Both the position numbers and the translations under genes were made by a program. A DNA stretch of 64,000 bases from Bugula neritina. Lineage: Eukaryota > Animalia > Bryozoa. The DNA lies in assembly GCA_964035545.1 (NCBI GenBank), contig OZ037773.1, positions 8,647,751-8,711,750 on the forward strand. Reading direction: 5' to 3'. The notes below the pieces were generated by a model, which was not told where the DNA came from, made no database searches, and saw only the letters and a list, made by a program, of their open reading frames with translations. Below are positions 63,657 to 64,000 of this stretch, piece by piece. Positions within the stretch are counted from its first letter, which is position 1. Every line of letters starts with the position of its first letter.

Positions 63657-64000
63657 ATGTCTGACACAGCAAGTACAGGTGAAAAACAGCCTCACTCGAG
63701 TACATCAGAAATTTTGAAGATTGCAAAAGATTTTTCGTTTGATCAAAAAATAAGTGTCGTTCAAAGTATTTTAGCTTCAATTCCTAGAGAACGTCAAGCA
63801 CCATGGAATGATCAAACAGCTAAGAGAAATTCAAATTTTGCTTCTAAACAAATAACTCAAACTGGGGTTACACCTACTGTTGAAGCTGAGAATACCTTAT
63901 TGAATTCCCGACTAGAAAAAGAGATTTCACGTGATGGTACTACAGCTAATGAATCTTTTAATGAACAACTTGATAAACAACAAGTAACTGAGAGATACTC
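63657..64000 (+). CDS. Open ORF running off the right edge (MSDTASTGEKQPHSSTSEILKIAKDF..., >114 aa), unknown; possibly a transposable element ORF
   Basis: AACAACATG start followed by 114 stop-free codons in AT-rich DNA. No recognisable domain in the visible part. Confidence 0.45.
   Translation, partial: MSDTASTGEKQPHSSTSEILKIAKDFSFDQKISVVQSILASIPRERQAPWNDQTAKRNSNFASKQITQTGVTPTVEAENTLLNSRLEKEISRDGTTANESFNEQLDKQQVTERY

Overview
AT-rich, intron-containing animal genomic DNA, probably from an invertebrate; the species cannot be determined from the sequence. Exon models were reconstructed by eye from GT/GC-AG sites and reading-frame continuity. Contents in order: (1) the start of a minus-strand gene at the left edge; (2) a small 3-exon single-pass membrane protein gene with an apparent alternative first exon; (3) an 8-coding-exon muscarinic acetylcholine receptor gene carrying an N6.52->M change; (4) a ~10.6-12.6 kb tandem duplication holding two pairs of divergent Rho-family GTPase genes (A1-B1-A2-B2; B1 has a nonsense codon); (5) an inverted duplication of two intronless orphan rhodopsin-like GPCR genes; (6) a 22-exon type II membrane GH31 alpha-glucosidase; (7) a secreted His/Tyr/Gly- plus Asn/Gly-repeat protein; (8) a 3'-truncated U1 snRNA copy; (9) a possible micro-exon gene and an open ORF at the right edge. 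The most striking window-wide pattern is that many minisatellites are tandem copies of the exon-intron junction itself, so arrays of decoy splice donors or acceptors sit next to the real ones.
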